60,589 nucleotides of DNA, taken from positions 1 through 60,589 of the IMG/VR virus record IMGVR_UViG_3300033151_000729. One strand, written 5' to 3'. This document shows positions 1 through 11,169 of this stretch, one piece after another (position 1 is the stretch's first letter; each line of letters begins with the position of its first letter). The DNA comes from a virus. Taxonomy: Duplodnaviria; Caudoviricetes. A program made the position numbers and the translations under genes. Under the pieces are notes generated by a model. That model saw only the letters and a list, made by a program, of their open reading frames with translations, was not told the origin of the DNA and ran no database searches.

Positions 1-114
1 GATCCCGAAGAAGGCGGAAAGGCTTTACGTGGTCAGTACGGCACCACTTCCGAAGGTGGTTTTATGGGCTTTGGTGCAGAAGACGTTGAACACGGTGGGG
101 TGCAAAAATACATA
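1..114. repeat. Terminal direct repeat (114 bp), identical to 60476-60589; circular assembly overlap
   Basis: GATCCCGAAG...AAAATACATA is present at both ends and an ORF reads through the junction. Confidence 0.95.
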
Positions 115-501
115 CAAGATCAAATGGCAAAGTTCCAACCTGCCCAGCTCCCCCAGCCTGCTCAAACCATGGCCCAGCCAGACATGCTACAGGAGTTGCC
201 TCAAATTGGCGGCACTAGAAGTTTCACCACCACCGGGAGCCAAGCACAGACCGTGCCTTCTTTTGGCCAGCAACCTATTCAATCTGTTCAGCCTCCTGCG
301 GTAGCTCCTTTTTCTCAAGTGCAAACAGTGGCCAATCTCCCTCAGTTTCAGCCCTCAAAGTTTACAGCTGCGCCTCAAGGGGCTCAATGGCCACAAGCTG
401 GTACCGGGCAAGCCAAGGTTATTTTGCCATTCAGCCCTGGAACAAGTGGTTTTCTCGGTAGCGTGAAGAAGCCTAAAAAAAGACGTGCTTTAGTTCAGTA
501 A
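1..501 (+). CDS. C-terminal part of the junction-spanning Gln/Pro-rich virion protein
   Basis: Frame 1 is open from 1 to TAA at 499-501; the listed ORF 64..501 is only its tail. Confidence 0.75.
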   Translation, partial: DPEEGGKALRGQYGTTSEGGFMGFGAEDVEHGGVQKYIQDQMAKFQPAQLPQPAQTMAQPDMLQELPQIGGTRSFTTTGSQAQTVPSFGQQPIQSVQPPAVAPFSQVQTVANLPQFQPSKFTAAPQGAQWPQAGTGQAKVILPFSPGTSGFLGSVKKPKKRRALVQ

Positions 502-502
502 T

Positions 503-3500
503 ATGCCAATTAATAAAAAGAAAAAAACATTCCTTCCGCAGCAGCCCATCCAGCCGATAAGGACTTTTGCGCCTCTTCCGGCAGGCTCACAGGAGGGTTT
601 AGCCTCTGAGCGGGCATACGAACAGGTGTACGCCGCCACCTTGCCTCAGCCCATCCAGCCGATAAGGACTGAGCAGCCGCAGTTTGCGCCACCTCAGCAA
701 CCTGAGCGAACTTTTGGCGGCACTCTTCGGGATATTGGAGTAACGGCATTAAAAGGAGCTGTTGCTCTGCCCCAAGCAGCTCAAGGGCTGATCGACATTC
801 CCACAGGTGGCCACTTTGGCAAGTTAACCGAGCGATTAGGGTACAAACCTGAAGAAACTCAAAGGATCCTTGCGGGCCAGTTATCCCCAGCTCAGCAGTA
901 CGCCGAACAGCAAGTTTCCGAAGCAAAAGGCTTTGTTCCCACACTCAAGGCAGCATTACAGCATCCGTCAACTATTGCCAGAGCTGCGGCTGAATCAGCC
1001 CCCCTGATGGTAGCTGGCGGCGCAGCAGGTCGAGGTATCACAGCATTAGCCCCACGGATCGCCCCAGTTATTGCAGGGGCGATGGGAGAAGGTTTGGTTT
1101 CTGCTGGACTTGTAGCTGAAGACATCCGGGGCCAAACAGACAACAAATTACTCTCTCCTGCCCAGTCAGCCATTGCCTTGACCGCTGGTATAGGTACAGG
1201 TATTTTCAGCGCAGCGGGTGGGCGGGTAGCTGGTAAACTCGGCATTGCTGACGTCGATACCTTGCTTGTGGGCTCGCCCCTCAAGAAACCATCAAATGTA
1301 GCCAAGGCCATTGTTTACGGCGGCGTATCCGAAGGGCTGTTTGAAGAAATGCCCCAAGAAATGCAGGAGCAAGTCTGGAAGAACGCTGCTACCGGAAAGG
1401 ATCTTATGGACGGCGTACCAGAATCTGCCGCCCAAGCGGTACTAACAGGTGGCCTGATGGGTGCCGGGGCAAATGTTGCGGGTGGGTTACTCCCGCAACC
1501 ACAACTACCCCCACCCGGCCCAACACAAAGAGCAGCCGAAGGAGCCCAACCGATCCAACCTGACCAAGCTCCAGGCGTAACCATTGAGCCAGAAGGATTT
1601 TCCACACAGCTACAGGCTGATGCTGCCGATGCCTTTGACCAAGCTCGTTTTGCCGTCCAACAGGGCCAGATCCAGCCGGGAACTGAGGAGTTTCAGGTGG
1701 TAAAAGAAAGTATTGAGGACATTCAGCAGCGGAATGTCCCTGAAGAACAGGAAGCCTTGAAGAAAAACAAAGATGTGGTTGATTTTTTTACTCAGCCCCA
1801 GCAAGCCCCGCCAAGTACTGTTGAATCGGCTATACAGCGAGGTGTTCGGGCTGCTGGCGTGGAGCCTATCCTTGATGAGGCACTGGCCCGGCCTGTTACG
1901 GCACCAGGGGTAGAGCAACCAGCTACCACGCTACCCAAAACAGAGCAGGTAACAGCTGAGCCTACACCCAGGGCCACCGCCATTGACGTAATGAAAAGAG
2001 ATATGGCCGAAGGCGAAGCAGGATACCGGTTCCAAAAAGATGCACCAGTTGAAGCCGGATATGATCCAGATTCAGGAAAATTTGAGGGCGTGAAGTCAAC
2101 TAATCCTGAATGGATGAAGCAAGACGAACTTCTCCAAAAAGCTGGTAAAAAACGAATCAACCGGGTGCTTGAACTCTCCGAGCAAGGTAAAAAGCTTACC
2201 CCTATCCAATCTGACATCAAAGCTCGTCTTGATAAAGCCGCTGACTGGGTCACTGAAAACGATCCGGGAATGGTTGCCGGACAGCAGGCTAAAACCCTAC
2301 AAGAGGAAGGTTTTGACCTTGGTAAAGACGAAACCATTACAGCGGGTGAGCTTGCTCCTGGTGATGAAATAGTTATTACCGACGATACCGGAATGCCGGA
2401 CAAGCTGACTCACAAAGGTTTTGACGAAGAAGGAAACGCCATTTTACAGGATGGTAAAAAGATTACAGTTGACTCTTTCGAACAGATTGAAACCATTGGT
2501 AAAAAAATAAAAGCTGACCCTGAATTACAAAAAGACGTAACTGATTTTGTGACTCGTATAAATGAAAATACTGATCCGGTAAATATCCAGAGCATGATCA
2601 GCGAAATCCCCGAAGCTACCAAAGGGAAACTGGCTCCTTATCGAGAGATGCTGCAAGGCGTGCTGGAGAGGCGTGCTGCCGAACTTGACGGAGCGCAAAC
2701 CGTCGAAGGAGAAGGTAAAAAAGAATTAGGCACACGGGTGCTCAAAGAGGGGTTAAGTGTCGAAGGCGAACGAACATACCTGAAAGACTTTACTCCAAAG
2801 GAATTTCAAGAAGAGTTTCGCAACCCAAAAGAAATGCCCCGCTTGACGGACAGTTCTGAATACAAGAAAATTCTTCCGAAAAATACTGAAAAAATTGTAT
2901 CTGAAGCTGCTACGATAAAACAAAACTTAAATAATGCTAAAGCTTCTGTTAAGGAGAGTAAACAGCACCTTGTAAAGCTCTTTGATAAGGAAGGTCAGGC
3001 AGAAATAGAAGTCCAGTTTGAAGGCCGACCATACACCATTAAAAAACCCGAAGTAGGTGCAGAAGTAATCATCCTTAATCAAAAAGGTGATGATGCTACC
3101 GAAGCCCTTAAGGCCAAATTTAAGGCTGAAGGCCAAATGGAGTACGATCCTAAGCCCGGCAAAAGGTCTCTATCTATCCAGCCCGTAAAAGTTGGAAAAA
3201 GCCACGCATCGCAATACGGGCCAAAGACGTTGCTTCAAGCAGCTACGGAACATGTTAAGTTAAGTTCGGAACAATACCAATACAGCATTGAAGAAAAGGT
3301 TATAAAAGCCGAAATGCTTGCTGAATTGGTCGACAACCTGAAAGATAAGGGGGTGGGGCACACCTGGCGGAACGAGGCTGGAGATACGAGCTTTAGCGTA
3401 AAGAGAGCCCCTGCGGCGAAAGTATTCGCATCCAAGGAAGCAAAAGCAGAGTATGGAAAAAAATACAAAGAGCTGAAGGAAAAACCCGAGTTTGTGAAAA

Positions 3501-6500
3501 AAGTTAAACCTGGGGAGCTGAAAACGGCTGGGGTTACTCCTGCACAAGCTGGAGGAATCAAGGGCAAAGGCTCCAGAGCTAAGGCGGCAGAGCTGAAAGC
3601 CCGTGTCCAAGCAGAGATTGCCGAACGAGTTAAGCTGTCAAAAGCAGCTGGCGTATTGCCCAAGGCTGGGCAGGCCAACATCCTTGACGAGCTTAACGAG
3701 AGCCTTGGGCAACTGGTTGTCCAAAAGCTTCAGCAGGGCAAGGCTTTTGAACTGGTTAGTAATGAACAAGCCTTGTCCGCAGTCAAAAAAGATGCTGAAG
3801 CAGAGGCAAAGTATTCCAAAGATGGCCAACGAATCGAAGGGCTTACTTTTCCAGATGGTAAGGTTTGGCTGGTCAAGGAGAATATAGCTAAAGGTCAAGC
3901 ACTTACTGTGCTTACCCATGAACTCGGTGTCCATGCTCGCAAGCTTGGTTTTAATGATGGCAAAGTATTTAAGCGAATACTTAAACAGCTCGAGAGTCGC
4001 CTTGGAGCAGGAACAGACAGCGACATCAATGCGGCTTTTGCCAAAGTGCCCGACAGCACCCCCGCTGAACAGGTCACAGAAGAGGGGTTGGCCCGGCTTG
4101 CATCGATGTCTCCTGAGCATGGCTTAATTCGAAAGCTTTTTGCTGCCATAAAGCAATTCTTGATCAATAAGGGATTCTTTCCGAAATACTTTACCAGCAG
4201 ACTGACAACTGCTGATCTTCAGGTGCTGGCTCAGAGTGCTATCAAGGCTGATACTAAGCCCAGGAAACAGAAAACGGATACCAAGGTTAAGTTTTCTCTT
4301 GCCGACCTACCAAAGACCCCCGAAGCCATTCAGCAGCGGTTGAATAATACCGAGAACCTGAACGCCACCGCTCCAGGCGGAACCACTTCGGGGGCAACGC
4401 CGGAGCAGGGCAAGTCCTACATGGCTAGGGTGAGCAAAGCTGTCGGTGAAGCGGTCAGTAAAGTTACAGCAGAGAAGCAAGCCGAAATCAAAAAAGAACG
4501 GGAACTTATCGGGGCTTATTATAAGCTGAAGGCTGTATCTAGAAGCCCAGTAGCATCCATAAAAAAGAAGCAAGAAACTCTTGAGGCATTTCAAGGACTA
4601 GTGCCAGAAGGAGTTCAGGACGTTTTAGCACAAGCACTGAGTATTATTTCCAATCCGAAAGCAGGACTTGAGCGGCAAAAACGAGCGTTTGAAAAGGTAA
4701 AAGGCACCTTGCTTGAAGCCACAAAAGCGGATCTTGACAAAACAATCCGCAGCAACCAACTACCGAGAGTCAAACCTGAACTGAGACAGGGTAAAAGGGG
4801 TAAAAACCTCAAAGCTGACATGGAGCTGATCCGCAAAGCTAAACAAATGGATCGAGGGGCAGTCCTTGACCGACAAGAAGCCCTTGATAAGAAAATTGAC
4901 CGATCAAAGGAAATAATCGGCAGTCCTCAGTCAAGCAAAGAGGGCATTGCTCAAGCCGAAGAAAATCTTGCGGATTATTACTCTGAAAAGCAATTACTCA
5001 CGGTTTTTGGAGATTTTGGCAAGTTGTCATACGCTGAAATCCTCCGTGCTAAAGAAGCTGTTAACGACCTGGTAACAAGCGGTACCGGCGCCTGGCGAGT
5101 TATTCAAGACCAGCGCAATGCACTCAACAATAAGAACGCCTTGATGGTTCGACAGGAAGTCCAAGGTAAACAGGATCCAAAAGATTACTCTCGGGCCGAA
5201 ATGAGTCAGGTTGCCGAGAAAGAAAAAACGGTGACAGGCAGGGCCAAGAAGCTCGTTACTGATGTAGAAAATTCCAACATGATCCTTGGGTTCTACCTGA
5301 ACAAAATTGCGGGGAAATCAGGCAAAGGAATGCTTCAGAGTGATACCGTGAAGCTGTTTGAGGGCATTGCTGCTTGGGGAACAAGACGCGAAGAACAGTT
5401 AAAATTGTCCATCGTCGAGAACACTATTAAGACCAAAGCAGCCGAGGTGTTTGGCTCTGGCAAGAAACTGATGGCCGCCATGGCTCGAATGGCTGAAGTC
5501 TCGACAGATAAGGTCTACAGTTATTCCCAGACCGGGCAAAAGAAAGAACCTTTCCACATTGGTCCTGGTCAAGCGATATATCTCAGGCAGCTAAGTAATT
5601 TTGACGAGGCTCAATCTGGACTGGATGCCATGGGCGTGACTGAGGAAACCCTCAAAGATATAGAAAATTACCTCAGCCCTGAAGAAAAACAGTGGGGAGA
5701 CTGGCAGCAGCAGGAATTTTACCCCAAGCTTCAAGCAGATACCGGGAAAGTCATTCAGAATGTCGAAGGAATCAGCATCCTGAACAACCCGAACGAAGTA
5801 CCCTTACACAGGGAAACAGGCGGTCTTGATATTGGTGTTCAGCGCACCAGGCAGGCAGGATTGAAGCACGGAACTAGTTCGGAAATAGAAAAAGAGGACC
5901 AGCCTTTCCGCCTTATGGATGCCGACCAAGTTATGATGGATCATATGAAGGGTATGACCCATTACCAGGCGTGGGCTGGGCCGATGGGGATTATCACAGG
6001 CACGTTCAATGATCCCCAAGTTCAGTCTAGCATCATTGCCGAATACGGTAAAAACACCATGGACGGGCTAAAGCTCTTCTTTAGAGACATGGCTGAAGTT
6101 CCAGGCGGCACCACCTTCGCTTGGGCCGACAAAGCCCGTGCCAACGTGACTACCGCCTTGCTTGGTGGCTCCTTGATCACCCCTGTCAAGCAGCTGGCCA
6201 GTATTCCAGCAATGTCCGCAGATATTCCTTCTGCTGCTTTTGCTAAAAATTTTACATACGGCGTGGCTCACCCTAGAGAAGTGCGGGAATTTGTAAAAAA
6301 CTGGGATTTCATAGACCGGCGCATGAAACTGGGCTTTGAGCGAGACATGAAAATTGCCAAAACCAAGCAGACCAAAGCTGTTATTGCTGGTAGTAAGAAT
6401 ATTGCAGACTGGATGATGACCCCTATCGGTATTGGTGATGCTGCTGGCGTGATTGGTGGTAGTTTCCCGGTCTTTAAGTACCACAAAGACCAAGGGAAAA

Positions 6501-7198
6501 CCCCGGAAGAAGCCTATTTCCTAACTGAAAAAGCAGCCAGGAGAACTCAGCAAGATTCGGCCATTTACAACCAAACAAATTTTCAGCGCGGGGGGAGTTG
6601 GCCGAAGCTGTTTACGATGTTTTTGAGCAGTAATATTTTATACACAAACCAGCTTCAGGCAAGTTTTCGGGCATTGCTAACCGATCCAAAAAAGAACTAC
6701 AGGACAGCCAGCAAAAGGATTGCTCTGTTTGGAGTTATCTTGCCGGGTATTTTTACTGTCATCGGTGCAGGCGGCCTAGGCGCTTGGCATGGAGATGATG
6801 AAGATGATGAAAGGTTAAAAGAAACCTTACTGAGAGACATTGTTCTGGCGGGGCCGAAAGGGGTGCCTATTGTCGGACAGACAGCAGAAGGTCTCTGGAA
6901 CAGGATGATGGGGTATTATTATGGTAGGAGTATCGCCTACTCCCCTGTTACGGAGATAGGAAAAAGCCTATCAGAGGTAGTCGAAGATGGTAAACGATTT
7001 ATCGTAGAGGACCAAGACGGCGAAGCATTGTTGGCCTTGGCTGATTCTGCGGCTACCTTACTTTCTTACGGGACAGGGGTAGGTTACAAACCAGTAAAAA
7101 GAACACTCGAAGGATGGTATGACGCATCCACAGGTCAAACAAAGCACCCGGTGCTTGCCGCCTGGGGCATGAGTCGCTATGCAAGGGGTGAAAAGTAA
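503..7198 (+). CDS. Giant internal virion/ejection protein (large polyvalent-type, 2231 aa)
   Basis: Ala/Gly-rich hydrophobic N-region, central THELGVH metallopeptidase-like motif, helical C-terminus with hydrophobic segments; located after the tail genes. Confidence 0.7.
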   Translation: MPINKKKKTFLPQQPIQPIRTFAPLPAGSQEGLASERAYEQVYAATLPQPIQPIRTEQPQFAPPQQPERTFGGTLRDIGVTALKGAVALPQAAQGLIDIPTGGHFGKLTERLGYKPEETQRILAGQLSPAQQYAEQQVSEAKGFVPTLKAALQHPSTIARAAAESAPLMVAGGAAGRGITALAPRIAPVIAGAMGEGLVSAGLVAEDIRGQTDNKLLSPAQSAIALTAGIGTGIFSAAGGRVAGKLGIADVDTLLVGSPLKKPSNVAKAIVYGGVSEGLFEEMPQEMQEQVWKNAATGKDLMDGVPESAAQAVLTGGLMGAGANVAGGLLPQPQLPPPGPTQRAAEGAQPIQPDQAPGVTIEPEGFSTQLQADAADAFDQARFAVQQGQIQPGTEEFQVVKESIEDIQQRNVPEEQEALKKNKDVVDFFTQPQQAPPSTVESAIQRGVRAAGVEPILDEALARPVTAPGVEQPATTLPKTEQVTAEPTPRATAIDVMKRDMAEGEAGYRFQKDAPVEAGYDPDSGKFEGVKSTNPEWMKQDELLQKAGKKRINRVLELSEQGKKLTPIQSDIKARLDKAADWVTENDPGMVAGQQAKTLQEEGFDLGKDETITAGELAPGDEIVITDDTGMPDKLTHKGFDEEGNAILQDGKKITVDSFEQIETIGKKIKADPELQKDVTDFVTRINENTDPVNIQSMISEIPEATKGKLAPYREMLQGVLERRAAELDGAQTVEGEGKKELGTRVLKEGLSVEGERTYLKDFTPKEFQEEFRNPKEMPRLTDSSEYKKILPKNTEKIVSEAATIKQNLNNAKASVKESKQHLVKLFDKEGQAEIEVQFEGRPYTIKKPEVGAEVIILNQKGDDATEALKAKFKAEGQMEYDPKPGKRSLSIQPVKVGKSHASQYGPKTLLQAATEHVKLSSEQYQYSIEEKVIKAEMLAELVDNLKDKGVGHTWRNEAGDTSFSVKRAPAAKVFASKEAKAEYGKKYKELKEKPEFVKKVKPGELKTAGVTPAQAGGIKGKGSRAKAAELKARVQAEIAERVKLSKAAGVLPKAGQANILDELNESLGQLVVQKLQQGKAFELVSNEQALSAVKKDAEAEAKYSKDGQRIEGLTFPDGKVWLVKENIAKGQALTVLTHELGVHARKLGFNDGKVFKRILKQLESRLGAGTDSDINAAFAKVPDSTPAEQVTEEGLARLASMSPEHGLIRKLFAAIKQFLINKGFFPKYFTSRLTTADLQVLAQSAIKADTKPRKQKTDTKVKFSLADLPKTPEAIQQRLNNTENLNATAPGGTTSGATPEQGKSYMARVSKAVGEAVSKVTAEKQAEIKKERELIGAYYKLKAVSRSPVASIKKKQETLEAFQGLVPEGVQDVLAQALSIISNPKAGLERQKRAFEKVKGTLLEATKADLDKTIRSNQLPRVKPELRQGKRGKNLKADMELIRKAKQMDRGAVLDRQEALDKKIDRSKEIIGSPQSSKEGIAQAEENLADYYSEKQLLTVFGDFGKLSYAEILRAKEAVNDLVTSGTGAWRVIQDQRNALNNKNALMVRQEVQGKQDPKDYSRAEMSQVAEKEKTVTGRAKKLVTDVENSNMILGFYLNKIAGKSGKGMLQSDTVKLFEGIAAWGTRREEQLKLSIVENTIKTKAAEVFGSGKKLMAAMARMAEVSTDKVYSYSQTGQKKEPFHIGPGQAIYLRQLSNFDEAQSGLDAMGVTEETLKDIENYLSPEEKQWGDWQQQEFYPKLQADTGKVIQNVEGISILNNPNEVPLHRETGGLDIGVQRTRQAGLKHGTSSEIEKEDQPFRLMDADQVMMDHMKGMTHYQAWAGPMGIITGTFNDPQVQSSIIAEYGKNTMDGLKLFFRDMAEVPGGTTFAWADKARANVTTALLGGSLITPVKQLASIPAMSADIPSAAFAKNFTYGVAHPREVREFVKNWDFIDRRMKLGFERDMKIAKTKQTKAVIAGSKNIADWMMTPIGIGDAAGVIGGSFPVFKYHKDQGKTPEEAYFLTEKAARRTQQDSAIYNQTNFQRGGSWPKLFTMFLSSNILYTNQLQASFRALLTDPKKNYRTASKRIALFGVILPGIFTVIGAGGLGAWHGDDEDDERLKETLLRDIVLAGPKGVPIVGQTAEGLWNRMMGYYYGRSIAYSPVTEIGKSLSEVVEDGKRFIVEDQDGEALLALADSAATLLSYGTGVGYKPVKRTLEGWYDASTGQTKHPVLAAWGMSRYARGEK

Positions 7199-7234
7199 CT
7201 TGCTGAATAATGGAATCTTTGCTATTAATAAACT

Positions 7235-7681
7235 ATGAATTACTGTAATCCTTGCGGTTTGCCTGCGGGCATTAAAATAGAAGATTTAAAGGTGTCGAAC
7301 TATTCTGGTGAGTTCGTTCGCCCCATGATGACTAAAGGTTTAAATACCGTTGGTTTCCTGCTAAGCAGTACCGTGCCTGTGAAAATAAACAGGTTTCGGA
7401 ACACAAAGGTTGACCCTGTTGAGTACTTGAATCAGCCCGGAGTCCAGATCTTTGTAAGAGCTGCGGAAGATCTGGATATTGATACCAACCCATTATTCAA
7501 TGTCGAGATCCCCCAATTTGATCCAGGATTAGAAACTGAACGATGGGAAGGTATAATCACCTTGGAGAACATGGCCTTGCTTAAAGCTTCGTCTGTTATT
7601 TATGTAGGCTTATATACAGTTTCCGGCGAAAATGAATACTTGCAAGATGCTGCTGGATTTTATAACCAGGGGGGCATATGA
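7235..7681 (+). CDS. Hypothetical protein, probably virion-associated
   Basis: 148-aa ORF coupled (ATGA overlap) to the tail fibre gene. Confidence 0.5.
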   Translation: MNYCNPCGLPAGIKIEDLKVSNYSGEFVRPMMTKGLNTVGFLLSSTVPVKINRFRNTKVDPVEYLNQPGVQIFVRAAEDLDIDTNPLFNVEIPQFDPGLETERWEGIITLENMALLKASSVIYVGLYTVSGENEYLQDAAGFYNQGGI

Positions 7682-10600
7682 GCTTTGAACCTGAAGTTGT
7701 CATTAATGAATTCAGCCCTGAAGTTGTTGCCACTGGCCCTCCTGGTTCAGGAGGTGGTACAGGAACCAACGATCACAATACTGCCTTAAACCGTGATTTA
7801 CCCGACCAACACCCTCAATCAGCTATCACAGCCCTGGTTACAGACCTCCTCGCTATTGTAGCGGCTATTCAGGGCCTCACAGATAGCAAGGAGGATGAAG
7901 GTGTTGCCGCTGGACTTATTACCGACCTCATCAACGCCTCCGACCCTTTTACTCAGTACCTCTTAGATTCTGAAGCAAATACTGTAATTTCAGAAAATAC
8001 CGATGTTGCCGCCAACAAAACACACAGGGAGATAACCAGCGGAAACCCTCACGGCACTGTCCATTCCGACCTGTCAGACAAAGGAACTAATGACCATGCT
8101 GTAATTGACACCGCATTAACTGTTTTGGCTAACTTGCTTGATCGAACGACTGGCGAAAACACCGGTGACCAAGACCTCGGCCCCTATGCCTTGATAGAAA
8201 CTGTCCTCCTAAAAGGCAACACCGACGATCCTGTTTTTATGCCTGCTCTGGATAATGACCCGGCCAATAAGAAGTTTGTCGAGGACAACGCTGTTGCACC
8301 GGGCGTGCTTGACGATTACCTGAAGCTTTCTGGACGGGCCGCTGAACAAGTTGTCACTGGCGATATGGCTATCCAGGCCGGTGAATTGCGGGTAATGACC
8401 TTTGATACCGATCCGGTATGGAAGGTCACTGAAGATTTCATGGAAAACGAGGGTTATCACCGGCGTTCCGGGGTATGGCCCAGGCAACAAGTGATAACTT
8501 CCGGGGGGATACATGGTGGCTCAAAGTCCAAGGACGTTATTACCGTTGACCTTACCGGGGCAAATAACGGGGGCCTTAGCCTGCACGGCCCTGCAACGGC
8601 CTATGATCCGACTGGCAAGTTTGGTCAAATAATCCAGTTGTCCCGAAGCGTGGACGATGAAAGTGGATACCAATTTGAGGTTACTGGGACTGGCTCAGGG
8701 CTTCCATTTTACCTTGAACCTGGGGATCTTGTTATTATTGTATCTCACGATACGCATTGGCAAGCGCATTTTATCCGGCAAAGTACCATCCTCCCTTCCG
8801 GGACAGTAACTGAGTTCCCTCACGCTGAGGGATTAATCTATTACGACCAAGATGCTAGGGCTTTTATAGCTTATAACGACGAGTCCGCGTTGGCTCCAAA
8901 GATAGGCCGTGATTTCCACATCCGTGTGTATAATGATACCGGCTCCGCCTTGCTCAAAGGCAAGGTTTGTTACTTATCAGGCGTACATACTGACGGGGTC
9001 TTCACCGTGTCACTTGCTAAATCAGATCTAGCAACAACGTGCTTGGCCACGATAGGTTTTACCGATCACGAAATAGGTATCGGGGAGCACGGGTATATCA
9101 AAACCTTGGGGGTTGTCGAGGGTCTGAGCAATACCGGACATACAACAGCGGCAGCGCTTTGGTTGTCTGACACCACAGCAGGCGGATACACGGAAACAAA
9201 ACCTGATAGCCCGTCTTACTGCATATTACTGGGTACTTGCGGAAAAGTAGGGGACTCGGATGGGTCTATTGATGTTAAAGTTGATGATGAAGGAAATACC
9301 GATGGGTTAATCAAGATATACAACGGGCTGATTTTAGAGAGTTACACGGTCACCGTGCTCAGTGACGAAGGGGTTGTGACAGTATTGACCGAGCGCACTG
9401 GCGGCGGGGATCTAAACTTGATTTTTGACGGAGATTTTACGCATTTCGACAGTACGCCAGCAGCATCTATCGCCATTAACCACGGAACAGACACAGTACC
9501 CGTGCTTAACTATGTCTTTATCCCTAAATCAACTAGAGATTTAACCGTCACGACAACGGGTTTCCCAGCCAAAGACACCGGACAATACGTTCCGATCGGT
9601 ACATTTCTCTGCCAAAGCCCGGAAACGGTGGAAACAGACGGGTTACTTAAATTCCACGCCTGGAGTGACCATCTGGCACACACTAATGGGGAAGGTCATT
9701 TTCAACATTGGAACAGGTGGATAAGAGAGCAACCGGCAACCTACCTCAAAGGTATTACTTTTAATGCGATTGTCGGCGTTGGGCAGTTTGATGTCACGGC
9801 CACGGTCGGCTCCATGCTGCAGCTGCACGAGCATCCCACCGATCCGTTTGACACGACTGGCCTTAGTGTTGTTTACGTGTTCAACGACCCGGTCACGAGT
9901 TATAAAAAAGTCGGCGACCTCACCGCCGAACTGACAGACAGCTCGGGCGGCAGCCTGTCTGGCAGGATGTATTCCTTCGTTTTCTGGATTGCTGGTAACG
10001 AGGGGTCAGGCAACGATAAGCTATTTTGCAATCTCCCGTCCGATAGTTATTCCGTGGCCGCCAGTGCGATCCGGGACACAGACGGGTATACCGACAGGTC
10101 TATCCCCAAAGAGTTTAAAGGTGTTGGCGTCTTAATATCCCGTGTCACCGTTCGGCACCAGACTACTGGCGGGGGCACCTGGACTCTCCTTGATCTGGAA
10201 GACTTGAGGGAAGGGGCAGGTGGTGGCACGGGCGGTACGGGCGGTGGTGGGGTGGATAGTTATTTGGAGTTGACAGATACCCCTAATAGCTTTACCGGGC
10301 AAGCAGCTAGGACTCACATCGTGAACGCTGGAGAAACAGGGTTGGAATTCGCCTACCCGACTGGGTACCGTGGCAACATGACCACCGCCCAGCGGGACGC
10401 TCTATCCGATCCGGCTCTTGGCGACTGGATACTAAACACCGAGTTCCGCCTACGTAGAGAGACCTACCAGGGGTTAGCATGGGTTCCGGACAAATACGGC
10501 TGGGCCGAACGACTGGAGGATTACTGGGAGCCTCATGTTTTTACAATAGACCCCACCGGGCCGGATGGCTGGACTTATGAAGTTGCCGGATCTCCTGCCG

Positions 10601-11169
10601 GGATTACCGCTGTACTCACTGCAACCGATATATACTTAGAAGCGGTTATTACGCCCGGATCGGCTGTGATAGTCAAGAAAACTTTTGACTTGTCTCCGCT
10701 GTTAATTACCCAAATAGCAGAAATGCGTGTGTCTTACCGAATGGACGCAGCCCATGATTCCGGGGTTGTCGATGGGGGCATATCTGTTGGTGTCGAGATG
10801 GTAAGTGGAACGGACTATGCAAGGGCCGTGTACGAGACCGGAGACTTTGAGTACGTAGGCATACAAAAGCATATAGGTAACGAGGGAGAGGTTCGCACCA
10901 TGGTTCCCGAAAACTGGATATCTGGATCTGGAATGATTACAACATACTCAACGCTGACTTGTGATAGTGGGGATGGTATCCTGCTGACCTTCGGGGAAGA
11001 GGGAGAGGGGCAGAATGGAGAGGTGAATAAGGATAGTAGCTACAGGTGGGCAGATGGGCCTACCAGCGTAGATCTGATATTTAAATTATACGCTGAGCCA
11101 GATGTGATTACCTCGGCCCGTAAATTAATGGTAAGAATTAACGAGATAACCTTCAAGGCAGCGATATGA
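7678..11169 (+). CDS. Tail fibre / receptor-binding protein (1163 aa)
   Basis: Phage-fibre motifs DHNTALNRDLPDQHPQSAI, NPHGT, LTDTPNSFTGQA..VNAGETGLEF and MTTAQRDAL; Gly-rich linkers; beta-rich C-terminal domain. Confidence 0.75.
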   Translation: MSFEPEVVINEFSPEVVATGPPGSGGGTGTNDHNTALNRDLPDQHPQSAITALVTDLLAIVAAIQGLTDSKEDEGVAAGLITDLINASDPFTQYLLDSEANTVISENTDVAANKTHREITSGNPHGTVHSDLSDKGTNDHAVIDTALTVLANLLDRTTGENTGDQDLGPYALIETVLLKGNTDDPVFMPALDNDPANKKFVEDNAVAPGVLDDYLKLSGRAAEQVVTGDMAIQAGELRVMTFDTDPVWKVTEDFMENEGYHRRSGVWPRQQVITSGGIHGGSKSKDVITVDLTGANNGGLSLHGPATAYDPTGKFGQIIQLSRSVDDESGYQFEVTGTGSGLPFYLEPGDLVIIVSHDTHWQAHFIRQSTILPSGTVTEFPHAEGLIYYDQDARAFIAYNDESALAPKIGRDFHIRVYNDTGSALLKGKVCYLSGVHTDGVFTVSLAKSDLATTCLATIGFTDHEIGIGEHGYIKTLGVVEGLSNTGHTTAAALWLSDTTAGGYTETKPDSPSYCILLGTCGKVGDSDGSIDVKVDDEGNTDGLIKIYNGLILESYTVTVLSDEGVVTVLTERTGGGDLNLIFDGDFTHFDSTPAASIAINHGTDTVPVLNYVFIPKSTRDLTVTTTGFPAKDTGQYVPIGTFLCQSPETVETDGLLKFHAWSDHLAHTNGEGHFQHWNRWIREQPATYLKGITFNAIVGVGQFDVTATVGSMLQLHEHPTDPFDTTGLSVVYVFNDPVTSYKKVGDLTAELTDSSGGSLSGRMYSFVFWIAGNEGSGNDKLFCNLPSDSYSVAASAIRDTDGYTDRSIPKEFKGVGVLISRVTVRHQTTGGGTWTLLDLEDLREGAGGGTGGTGGGGVDSYLELTDTPNSFTGQAARTHIVNAGETGLEFAYPTGYRGNMTTAQRDALSDPALGDWILNTEFRLRRETYQGLAWVPDKYGWAERLEDYWEPHVFTIDPTGPDGWTYEVAGSPAGITAVLTATDIYLEAVITPGSAVIVKKTFDLSPLLITQIAEMRVSYRMDAAHDSGVVDGGISVGVEMVSGTDYARAVYETGDFEYVGIQKHIGNEGEVRTMVPENWISGSGMITTYSTLTCDSGDGILLTFGEEGEGQNGEVNKDSSYRWADGPTSVDLIFKLYAEPDVITSARKLMVRINEITFKAAI

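Noticed and set aside
510-6493. Numerous antisense ORFs inside the giant gene, and similar shadows such as 14228..14938, 19951..20607, 31588..32064 and 46218..46814
   Set aside because: Shadow frames of well-supported genes, lacking RBS and recognisable motifs
7678-11169. Diversity-generating retroelement target
   Set aside because: No reverse transcriptase and no TR/VR pair seen
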